64,000 bases of DNA from an uncultured Coriobacteriaceae bacterium (lineage in GTDB: Bacteria > Actinomycetota > Coriobacteriia > Coriobacteriales > Atopobiaceae), in the NCBI GenBank assembly GCA_947426865.1, contig CANEFS010000002.1, forward strand, positions 5,332-69,331, read 5' to 3'. The position numbers and the translations under genes are program-made. Numbering within the stretch: the stretch's first letter is position 1; each line of letters starts with the position of its first letter. Below the pieces are notes generated by a model. It had not been told where the DNA came from. It made no database searches and was given only the letters and a program-made list of their open reading frames with translations. Positions 35,281 to 43,421 of the stretch are shown here, one piece after another.

Positions 35281-38211
35281 TTATTTCTCATCTTTGTCGG
35301 TTGCTTCTATTGTGTCTTCGGCATCCACGCCAGTGGTCTGATTGGAGGCATCGCTTTCGCTTTGAATGAGATTTCTTAAAAAGCTCATAGCACTGTCAGC
35401 GTCCGTTGCTTTCTCTATTCCACCTTGCGCCATGTTTTCGCGTCCACCACCGCGGCCACCATATTCTTGTGCCACTTTTTTAATCAAATCGCCTGCGTTG
35501 AATCCGGCTTTAACCGCATCATCGGTTCCAGCAGCCAAAAGGACAACCTTCTTCTCGGGCGTTTCGCTGATGAGAAAAGCGGCGGTCGGCTCTTTAGTTT
35601 TCTTCTTAATTTGGTCCCAGGCTCCTCTGAGCTCTTGCGAGTTGCGCCCGTCAAGACGCGCAAGAACAAGTTGGTAACAGTTCGTCTGAATTGCAGCACC
35701 AAGAGCTTTCACGACAGCATCATCGTTTTTGCCAGATAAGGCAGCCGAGAGGCGCTTCTTCATCTCCTTCGCGTAAAGGCGTGCATCTGCGACCGCCCCT
35801 CCCACGCCCAAAGGCGAAACTTTCAATTGCGCAGCGGCATCGTCTAAAACGTCTAAGCGCTCATCTACCCAAGAGAGGGCCCCCAAAGAGGTGAGCGCCT
35901 CTATGCGTCGAGCGGCTGCTCCCACAGATGATTGCCCTGTGATTTTGAAGAGTCCTAGCTCGGCGGTGTTTTTGGCGTGCGTGCCTCCACAGAGCTCTTT
36001 GGAAACCTCAAACGTTTTGCCGTTCTGCTTTTTTCGCACCAAGACAACGCGCACGGTGTCGGCGTATTTCTCGGAGAACTGAGCGACGGCGCCGGCTGCT
36101 TTCGCCTCTTCGAGGTCCATGATGTCGGTGTGAACGGGAAGGGCAGCAGCAATAGCCTCGTTGACTTTGCGTTCGATGTTTTTAAGTTGTTCTGGGCTGA
36201 GCGCTTCAAAGTGCGTGAAATCAAAACGCAAACGGTCCGGGCCTACGAAGGAACCGGCTTGGTGCACGTGGCTTCCGAGCTCTTCCATGAGAGCAGCATC
36301 CAAAAGATGCGTTGCGGTATGGTTGCGCTCAATAAGGGCGCGTCGCATCACGTCAACGTTTGCCACGAGAGTGTCGCCGACAGCAATCGTTCCCTTTTCA
36401 ATTTTTACTTTGTGTGCGTAAAGGCCGAACTGGTCTTGAACGTCTTTGACGTTTGCGAGAAGAACGTTTGCATTGGCTGCGCTGCCGGAGCGGTCTGCCG
36501 TGCCTTCGCCCTGTGCGCAAGCCTCAAACACACCCGTGTCTGCAACTTGACCACCGCGTTCCGCATAGAAGGGGGTCTTGTCCAAAACGACCGAGACGCT
36601 TCGTCCCTCCCCCGCTTTTTGTGCGGGCCTTCCGGTCTCGTCAACGATTTCTAAAACGCGCGCCTCAGCGGTGGTCGTTTCATAACCCAGAAATTCTGTT
36701 ACGGGGATTTTCTCGGAAAGCTCCGTCCAAATATCGACGTTTTTCCATGCATCGATTTCGGTTGCACCAGCCTTGCGCGCTCTTTCTTTTTGCGCATCCA
36801 TCTCTTTTTTGAAGGCATCTTCGTCAACGCTAAAACCGCGCTTCTGAGCAATCTCTTTCGTGAGCTCCAAGGGAAAACCGTAGGTGTCGTGGAGGGTAAA
36901 GGCAACCTCGCCAGAGAGAGTTTTAGTGGACTTTACTTGGTTGTTTTCGCAGGCCTCAGAATTATTCTCAGAGTTTTCCAGCTTGTCCAGCTCTTCCTCA
37001 AGATAGTTTTGACCTGTTTCTATGACGGCTTGGAAGCGATCTTCCTCCGCTGTCACTGTTTTGTCAATCAAGGAAGCGTTGAAGATGAGCTCAGAATACG
37101 TGTCGCCCATGAGGTTCGTAATTTCTGCTACGAAATTCACGAGAAAGTGATGCGCAATACCTAGCAGGCGCCCATGGAAAATAGCGCGGCGAAGAAGGCG
37201 GCGCAGCACGTATCCGCGCCCCTCGTTCGACGGCAGTATGCCGTCGGCAATCATGAATGTGACCGCGCGTGAGTGATCGGCGATGATGCGCAGTGAAGCA
37301 TCGTCGGCGTCGTTTTCGCCAAACTTTTTGCCCGAGAGTTTCTCGGCGAGCTCGATGAGGTGATGCAAAATGTCGCCGTCGTAGTTGGAAACTTTGTGCT
37401 GCATGATAGCGGCGATGCGCTCAAGGCCCATGCCGGTATCGACATTTTGGTGCGGAAGATCAACGAGCGTTCCATCTTCCTGGCGGTCGTATTGCGTGAA
37501 AACGAGGTTCCAAAATTCAAGGAAGCGGTCGCAATCACAGCCCGGCGCGCAATCGTTTTTACCACAACCCACCGAGGGTCCCTGGTCAAAATAGATCTCG
37601 GAGCATGGCCCGCAAGGACCGGTTGGCCCTGCCGCCCAGAAGTTATCTTCTTCGCCGAGTCTCGTTATGTGGTCAGGAGAAACGCCAAGGTCAGTCCAGA
37701 TTTTCTCAGCCTCGTCGTCCCTCTCGAAAATGGTGAAGTAAAGCTTTTCCAAGGGAAGGCAAAGCACGTTCAAACAAAAATCGAGTGCCCAATCGCAGGC
37801 CTGGCGCTTGGAATAGCCGCCGAACGAAAAATTCCCAAGCATCTCAAAGAACGAAAGATGGCGCCCATCAAGACCAATCACATCGATGTCGTTGGTGCGC
37901 AAACATTTCTGGCAACTCGTCGCACCGATGGCCCCTTGCAGTGTTTTCGTGCCGAGAAAATACTGCTTGAACTGGTTCATTCCCGCGTTAGTGAGAAGAA
38001 GGGAGGAGTCTTCAGGGATGAGAGAGGAGGAAGGAAAAACCTTTGCTCCATGTTTTTTGAAGTAGTCGAGAAAAGACGCGCGAATCTCGGCTGAAGAAAG
38101 CGTGGGAAACGTGTCCATGTCTGTCGTTGTTGTTGGCTTTTGCAAAGCGCTTTGAGTCGCAGAATCTCCGCTCACAAAATTTTCGTTATTTTTTCCAGTG
38201 GAATTTATCAT
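35281..38211 (-). CDS. alaS: Alanyl-tRNA synthetase
   Basis: FEMLGNFSFG, HTATHLL, C-terminal DHHA1-like domain. Alternative start at ATG 38118 (MDTFPTLSSAEIR). Confidence 0.95.
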   Translation of the reverse strand: MINSTGKNNENFVSGDSATQSALQKPTTTTDMDTFPTLSSAEIRASFLDYFKKHGAKVFPSSSLIPEDSSLLLTNAGMNQFKQYFLGTKTLQGAIGATSCQKCLRTNDIDVIGLDGRHLSFFEMLGNFSFGGYSKRQACDWALDFCLNVLCLPLEKLYFTIFERDDEAEKIWTDLGVSPDHITRLGEEDNFWAAGPTGPCGPCSEIYFDQGPSVGCGKNDCAPGCDCDRFLEFWNLVFTQYDRQEDGTLVDLPHQNVDTGMGLERIAAIMQHKVSNYDGDILHHLIELAEKLSGKKFGENDADDASLRIIADHSRAVTFMIADGILPSNEGRGYVLRRLLRRAIFHGRLLGIAHHFLVNFVAEITNLMGDTYSELIFNASLIDKTVTAEEDRFQAVIETGQNYLEEELDKLENSENNSEACENNQVKSTKTLSGEVAFTLHDTYGFPLELTKEIAQKRGFSVDEDAFKKEMDAQKERARKAGATEIDAWKNVDIWTELSEKIPVTEFLGYETTTAEARVLEIVDETGRPAQKAGEGRSVSVVLDKTPFYAERGGQVADTGVFEACAQGEGTADRSGSAANANVLLANVKDVQDQFGLYAHKVKIEKGTIAVGDTLVANVDVMRRALIERNHTATHLLDAALMEELGSHVHQAGSFVGPDRLRFDFTHFEALSPEQLKNIERKVNEAIAAALPVHTDIMDLEEAKAAGAVAQFSEKYADTVRVVLVRKKQNGKTFEVSKELCGGTHAKNTAELGLFKITGQSSVGAAARRIEALTSLGALSWVDERLDVLDDAAAQLKVSPLGVGGAVADARLYAKEMKKRLSAALSGKNDDAVVKALGAAIQTNCYQLVLARLDGRNSQELRGAWDQIKKKTKEPTAAFLISETPEKKVVLLAAGTDDAVKAGFNAGDLIKKVAQEYGGRGGGRENMAQGGIEKATDADSAMSFLRNLIQSESDASNQTTGVDAEDTIEATDKDEK

Positions 38212-39592
38212 GCTTCTTAACTTTCCTAGGGTTCGGTTTTGGCAAAATATCCTGCTCGAGGTCGTTGTCGCTTACGAGCAAACTTGTGTCGTAGAAGTTG
38301 TCATCATCTAAAGCATCAGCAGAAGGAACGATGGAACCATCCGAGCGGACAAAGGGGGTCCCTTGGAAGAAGGCGCCGTCGTAGGAGACGATTTGGCGCT
38401 TCGTTTTCGTCTCGAAATAATAGATGAAAACGCCCTTAATAGCAGCGGATATAGGGATGGAGACGGCAACACCAACCGCCCCTCCCAAAGCAGAACCAAT
38501 CACGATAGCCAAAAGAGACATCGCAGGATGGACCTGGACGGTCTTCTTCATAACGAGCGGACTAATGAGGTTGTCCGTAATGTTTTCTGCAACGATTGCC
38601 ACAATAAGCGTCCAAAGAGCGCAGATGGGGCTCACGATAAAGGCCGTAATGGTGGCAATTCCCGCTGAGAACCAAGGGCCGACAACGGGCACAAAATGAA
38701 AGAGTGCGGTAATTATTCCCATCAGAGGAGCGTAGGGCTGCCCAACAATCGTAAAGCCGATAAAGGCAAGAATACCTCCGACGGTACTGGTGATAACGAT
38801 GCCGCGCATATAGCCACCCATCGAACGCGAGGTGACAGCCAGAAGAAGGGAAAGATCTTTTCTATGCTTGGGGCCCGCAATTATTGAGAACTCTCTCACG
38901 ATTGTGGGATAGTCGGCGGCAAGCCAATAGGCGCAGATGATGCCTAAGAAGAACATGAAAATTCCGTTTGCGGTATTCATTAAATTGGGCAAAAGGCCAT
39001 TCGTAATTTGCGTCGCCAAATCCGAGGCCATTTTCGTTCCCCACGCTGAAAACGAATCCCAAAGCGCTTGGATGTTCGTACTGATACCAAACATAGAAAC
39101 ACTGTCGGTTGATGAAAAGAGATCTCTTAACCAGACTTGCACCTCATGCATGTAGGCAGGAACACGATTAAGAAGATTCAGGAATTGTTCGGTAGCAGGA
39201 GGTCCCAAGAGAGCAACGATTCCCACAAGCACTCCAAGAACAATAATGAGGGCAATAAGGGAACCAACGTTTCTTGGAACGGAATTCTTTGCTAAAAAGT
39301 TAACGATGGGGCTACAGATAAAACCCAAGATAATGCCCACTGCGAGAAAAAGGATGACAGAACCTAAGTGCCCTAAGGCAGCGAAGATGGCAATCAAAAT
39401 GAGAATGGCACCAACAATCGTCCACACGCGAAACATGCGAAGCTTATCAACGGCGCTCATCTGTTGAAGAGCAGCAAGGGCAGAGGTCTTCTCGGCAGGC
39501 ATGTTTACGGAAACTTCTGAGGGGGCTGTTTTTTCAGAAGCTGTTTTTTCAGACGCTGTTTTTTGTGAAATTTTCTTTGTTTTTTCTGCCAT
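38186..39592 (-). CDS. AI-2E (PerM/UPF0118) family transporter
   Basis: Polytopic membrane protein with typical family length and pattern. The N-terminus carries a KTASE repeat. Confidence 0.8.
   Translation of the reverse strand: MAEKTKKISQKTASEKTASEKTAPSEVSVNMPAEKTSALAALQQMSAVDKLRMFRVWTIVGAILILIAIFAALGHLGSVILFLAVGIILGFICSPIVNFLAKNSVPRNVGSLIALIIVLGVLVGIVALLGPPATEQFLNLLNRVPAYMHEVQVWLRDLFSSTDSVSMFGISTNIQALWDSFSAWGTKMASDLATQITNGLLPNLMNTANGIFMFFLGIICAYWLAADYPTIVREFSIIAGPKHRKDLSLLLAVTSRSMGGYMRGIVITSTVGGILAFIGFTIVGQPYAPLMGIITALFHFVPVVGPWFSAGIATITAFIVSPICALWTLIVAIVAENITDNLISPLVMKKTVQVHPAMSLLAIVIGSALGGAVGVAVSIPISAAIKGVFIYYFETKTKRQIVSYDGAFFQGTPFVRSDGSIVPSADALDDDNFYDTSLLVSDNDLEQDILPKPNPRKVKKHDKFHWKK
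39525..39569 (-). repeat. In-frame 15-nt tandem repeat (3 units) encoding (S-E-K-T-A)3
   Basis: gctgttttttcagaa / gctgttttttcagac / gctgttttttgtgaa. Confidence 0.9.
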
Positions 39593-39658
39593 CGTTGTCC
39601 TTTTGAATTTCTGCTCTTCCGCGTTTTAAGCTTTGTTCGATGGGCACCAATCTTGTTT

Positions 39659-40423
39659 CTACGCCTCAATTTGAACTTTGATTTTTTGAAGAGTTTTGCG
39701 CAAAAAGCGCGACACCTGAACTTGCGAGACACCCAGCTTTTCGGCGATTTCAACTTGCGTCATGCCGTCGATGAAGCGCATCTTAATCATCTCTTGCTCT
39801 TCTCTCGAGAAGTGCGCAACGGTTTCTTGAATCACCATGCGGTCATCGGCACCTGCAAGTTTTTTGTCTTCGTTTGCGTAGTGGTCGATGACGGAAGGTG
39901 CCTCATCGTCTCCTGCTGCCCCCGCTTCAAGCGGAATCGAGACATAGGCGCTTGACGATTCCAGCGCTTCCAAAACCTCGTCGACACTCACGCCAAGCTC
40001 TTTTGCAATCTCTTCAACTTTGGGGCTTCGCTGGAGTTTCTCGGTAAGTTCATCGTTCGTTTTATTAACCTTTGCCGAGAGCTCCTGTAGACGTCTCGGC
40101 ACGCGTACCGACCAGCCCTTATCGCGAAAATGGCGTTTTATCTCGCCCAGAATGGTGGGTGTGGCATAGGTCGTGAACTCAAGACCGCGCTCTGGCTCGA
40201 AACGGTCAATCGCTTTGATGAGGCCAATTGACCCCACCTGCACGAGATCTTCGATGTCCTCGCCGCGATTGCGAAACTTGGCCGCAAGAAAGCGAACGAG
40301 ATTGAGGTGGTTGACAATAAGCTCCTCACGAGCGCTTTCGTCGCCCAATTCCTTGTAGCGACGAAAAAGTTCGTGCGTCTTCTGTTTGTCCCAGGAAAGT
40401 TTATTCTTCTGCATTTTTAACAA
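39659..40423 (-). CDS. Group-3 RNA polymerase sigma factor of the SigB/SigF/SigG family
   Basis: Region 2 (DLVQVGSIGLIKAIDRFEPERGLEFTTYATPTILGEIKRHFRD) and region 4.2 HTH (TQVEIAEKLGVSQVQVSRFLRK). TTG 40423 or ATG 40414 as start. Confidence 0.9.
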   Translation of the reverse strand: MLKMQKNKLSWDKQKTHELFRRYKELGDESAREELIVNHLNLVRFLAAKFRNRGEDIEDLVQVGSIGLIKAIDRFEPERGLEFTTYATPTILGEIKRHFRDKGWSVRVPRRLQELSAKVNKTNDELTEKLQRSPKVEEIAKELGVSVDEVLEALESSSAYVSIPLEAGAAGDDEAPSVIDHYANEDKKLAGADDRMVIQETVAHFSREEQEMIKMRFIDGMTQVEIAEKLGVSQVQVSRFLRKTLQKIKVQIEA

Positions 40424-40793
40424 CAGTCAAAAGATTGTTTTCTGCGTTTACCGAGAAAGAATCGGTCAAAGCGTCCAAAACCATAAGCGCAAATTCGGGG
40501 GCCGTCACGTCCTGCCCCGAGATGTTGATAGCCTCTTCGTCCTTCTTTTTCTTCTCATTCCCAAGCGAGAAGGTCATTGTAAAAGACCCCTCCCTCACAG
40601 AAAAGTCGACGTTTACCTCGTCTTGTTCAGTGGAGAGCGCATAGATAAAAGCTTCCTCTGCAACCATGCGCGTGTCTTGCGTCTCGTCGAACGAAAGCGA
40701 AATTGACTCGGCAAGGCTTGCCGCAAACGTGCGAAGCGGCCGAGCAAACTTGGGCTCTGCCGGGATAGTCAGGGTTACAACTTCTTCTTTCAT
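40401..40793 (-). CDS. RsbW/SpoIIAB-like anti-sigma-factor homologue lacking the ATP-binding boxes
   Basis: The N-terminal half aligns by eye with RsbW. The N-box reads EEAFIYALST, and there are no DxGxG or GxGL motifs. Overlaps the sigma gene start. Confidence 0.55.
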   Translation of the reverse strand: MKEEVVTLTIPAEPKFARPLRTFAASLAESISLSFDETQDTRMVAEEAFIYALSTEQDEVNVDFSVREGSFTMTFSLGNEKKKKDEEAINISGQDVTAPEFALMVLDALTDSFSVNAENNLLTVVKNAEE

Positions 40794-40838
40794 ACGTTGT
40801 CCTTACGATTTTCTTTCATCGGTTTGCTACGCGTCTCG

Positions 40839-41762
40839 TTATTTCCGAGAAGCCCCTCTCGTTGCAGGCTTTTTAGCAGCATTTTTCCGGGCTGTCGTCT
40901 TCTTAGCAGGCGTCTTTTTCGCCGTTGATTTTCTGGTCGTCGTTTTTTTAACCGTAGTCTTTGCAGGAGCCTTCTTGGCTGCCGTTTTAGCAGGGGCTTT
41001 CTTCGTCGTCTTTGTCTTTGTTGCCGTATCCGCCTTTGTTGCCGTCTTTTTGGCAGTGGCTTTGCGCGTCGTCTTCGTTTTCGCTACTGCTTTTGCCTGC
41101 TTCGGTTTTTTCTCGGAAATATCGACGTATCCCGCAGGCTCATCCAAATCGTCCATCGAAAGATCTTCCCAGATGTTCGTGGTTTTCTCGACGTCTGTGG
41201 GAGAGCGGAAGTAATCGTCGTCGTCCCAATCGTCTGTGTCGCTATCGTAGATGTCGGCACCAAGGTCGTCGTCAATCTCGTCGATTTCGATATCGAAGCC
41301 CGTGTTCTCGTGGTTTCCCGCATTGAAAAGCGCATGAGAAATTTGTCCCGCAGAAAGCTTGGAGGCTCCCTTTTTGTTCGAGCCTTTACCGGAAGCCAGC
41401 TTGGATACAGCACCAGAAACAGCACCTGCCGCTTTGTCCACAACGCCTGTTACCGCCGTTGTTGCACCGGCCGCCGCTCCCGAGATTGACTTCACATCGC
41501 CTAAGATTTCATTGACATGAAGAAGGTCTAAAGAGAGCGCGTCGATGGTTGTCTCGGCCTTATGGATGAGGGGATCAACTTGCGTAACACCAGGTTGGAG
41601 GGCCTCTATGGTGGTGTCGATGCGTTGGATGGTGGAGTCTAAATCTTGCGCGACATCGTCGACGCGATGGCGCACCTTTCGAAGGGTTAAGGCGAGCTCA
41701 GCGCCTACCCACGCGAAGGCGGCAATCAGGATAAGGAGAAGAATCATAACGGCAATATTCAT
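40839..41762 (-). CDS. Membrane-anchored DUF948-like protein with an acidic patch and a K/A/T-rich basic tail
   Basis: N-terminal TM (IAVMILLLILIAAFAWVGA), DUF948-like coiled segment, IEIDEIDDDLGADIYDSDTDDWDDDDYF, then about 100 aa of KKTA/KKAPAK repeats. Confidence 0.7.
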   Translation of the reverse strand: MNIAVMILLLILIAAFAWVGAELALTLRKVRHRVDDVAQDLDSTIQRIDTTIEALQPGVTQVDPLIHKAETTIDALSLDLLHVNEILGDVKSISGAAAGATTAVTGVVDKAAGAVSGAVSKLASGKGSNKKGASKLSAGQISHALFNAGNHENTGFDIEIDEIDDDLGADIYDSDTDDWDDDDYFRSPTDVEKTTNIWEDLSMDDLDEPAGYVDISEKKPKQAKAVAKTKTTRKATAKKTATKADTATKTKTTKKAPAKTAAKKAPAKTTVKKTTTRKSTAKKTPAKKTTARKNAAKKPATRGASRK

Positions 41763-41907
41763 ACGTTTCTCATCTCATTTCTCTTCTTTATTTTTTACGT
41801 GTCCGTCGTTGTTTGCGCGCGGCCTTGAGCGGTATTTTTAAGCAAGGCGCTTTCCGTCCCTCTTCATACCGCAATACAACCGTGCACAAGCATCTAAAAG
41901 TATACTC

Positions 41908-43278
41908 TTACTCGCCTTTAATCTTTTTGAGAGCTTCAACTCTTTCTCCTTCCCAGCCACGCGGGCCGGGCGCGTAAAAATCGCCCTTTTCAAGACCGTC
42001 CGGCAAGTATTGCTGAGAAACCCATCCACTTGCATAGGAATGCGGGTATTTGTAACGCCCATACGTGTCTGAGCCCGGACGATGTCGGTCACGCAGATTG
42101 TTGGGCACTTCTCGGCGGGGGCCGTTTTGAACCTCGTTCATGGCTTTTTCAATTCCTGCAACGGCCGCGTTTGATTTAGGAGCAAGTGCCAAGTACGTTG
42201 CAGCTTGCGCGAGGTTAATCTGACACTCCGGATATCCTATGACTTCAGCCGCCTTGAAAGCGGCCTCAGCGACGAGAATTGCTTGGGGGTCAGCATTTCC
42301 AATGTCTTCGGAGGCGCAAATAAAAATTCGGCGCGCGATAAAGCGGGGGTCTTCACCTGCATCAATCATGCGCGCAAGCCAATAGAGGGCAGCGTCTGGA
42401 TCAGAGCCGCGCATCGACTTTATGAAGGCCGAGATGATGTCGTAGTGCATGTCTCCCGACTTGTCGTAAGGAAGGCCGTGACGTGGATTTGCCTCCTCGA
42501 TATTTTCGACAGAAATTTTTATAGGCGCTGACGAGGTACTTTCTTGCCCGGGCTCTGTGGCCATTTGTGCGGCAAGTTCAAGAGTGGTAAGAGCAGCGCG
42601 TCCGTCGCCTCCGGCAAGGGTAACTACCGCCTCCAAAGCATCATCTTCCAGCTGAAAGCGGTTATTAAGCCCCTCTGGTGACACGACGGCCCGTGCCACG
42701 AGCTCTACTATAGCCGTATCCGAAAGTGCAGTTAACTCGATGACCCGAGAACGTGAAAGAAGAGCTGAGTTCACCTCAAAATAGGGGTTTTCAGTGGTGG
42801 CGCCAATTAAAACCACGGTTCTATCTTCTACCGCATGCAGCAGTGCGTCTTGCTGGCTTCTGTTGAAGCGGTGAATCTCGTCGATAAAGAGAATCGTCCT
42901 ATTTCCGCTTGTCATCAAGCGATTTTTTGCAGCTTCAATTTCTGTGCGAAGGTCCTTTACCGTGCCAGTAATTGCCGAGACCTCTACAAAAGTTGCCCGC
43001 GTTACGTTTGCGATAATGCGCGCCAGGGTCGTTTTACCCGTACCTGCCGGTCCGTAAAGGATGATTGAAGAGAGGGCGTCGTGCTCAATAGCTCTGCGGA
43101 GCCATGAGTTTTTCCCCACAGCCTCTTCTTGTCCCACAAACTCCTCAAGCGTTTGAGGGCGCATCCTTGCGGCTAGAGGGGCATTTACAAAGGCAATTTT
43201 TCTCTCCTGCGCATCAAAGAGAGAGTCCATTTGCAGATTATTTTTGTTTGCGACAGTACGCTTTTTTGTTGATTTCAT
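41908..43278 (-). CDS. rarA: Replication-associated recombination protein A (AAA+ ATPase)
   Basis: GPAGTGKTTLA, FIDEIHRFN and the MgsA C-terminal domain. Confidence 0.93.
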   Translation of the reverse strand: MKSTKKRTVANKNNLQMDSLFDAQERKIAFVNAPLAARMRPQTLEEFVGQEEAVGKNSWLRRAIEHDALSSIILYGPAGTGKTTLARIIANVTRATFVEVSAITGTVKDLRTEIEAAKNRLMTSGNRTILFIDEIHRFNRSQQDALLHAVEDRTVVLIGATTENPYFEVNSALLSRSRVIELTALSDTAIVELVARAVVSPEGLNNRFQLEDDALEAVVTLAGGDGRAALTTLELAAQMATEPGQESTSSAPIKISVENIEEANPRHGLPYDKSGDMHYDIISAFIKSMRGSDPDAALYWLARMIDAGEDPRFIARRIFICASEDIGNADPQAILVAEAAFKAAEVIGYPECQINLAQAATYLALAPKSNAAVAGIEKAMNEVQNGPRREVPNNLRDRHRPGSDTYGRYKYPHSYASGWVSQQYLPDGLEKGDFYAPGPRGWEGERVEALKKIKGE

Positions 43279-43316
43279 TAATCCTCTTCGTGTTTATTCA
43301 ATTTTTTCCTGCTTGA

Positions 43317-43343
43317 ATCTTCGTAGCAGCTTGGATCTTCGTA
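43317..43343 (+). repeat. Direct repeat ATCTTCGTA (x2, 18-nt register) upstream of the OPT transporter gene
   Basis: tgaATCTTCGTAgca at 43314-43328 and tggATCTTCGTAaca at 43332-43346. Confidence 0.7.
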
Positions 43344-43421
43344 ACACTGTAAGATTCCCACTTTTCCCCACCAATTATTCTCATTTGTTATTAAAGTCTT
43401 TTCCAGTTACCATTTCAAGCG

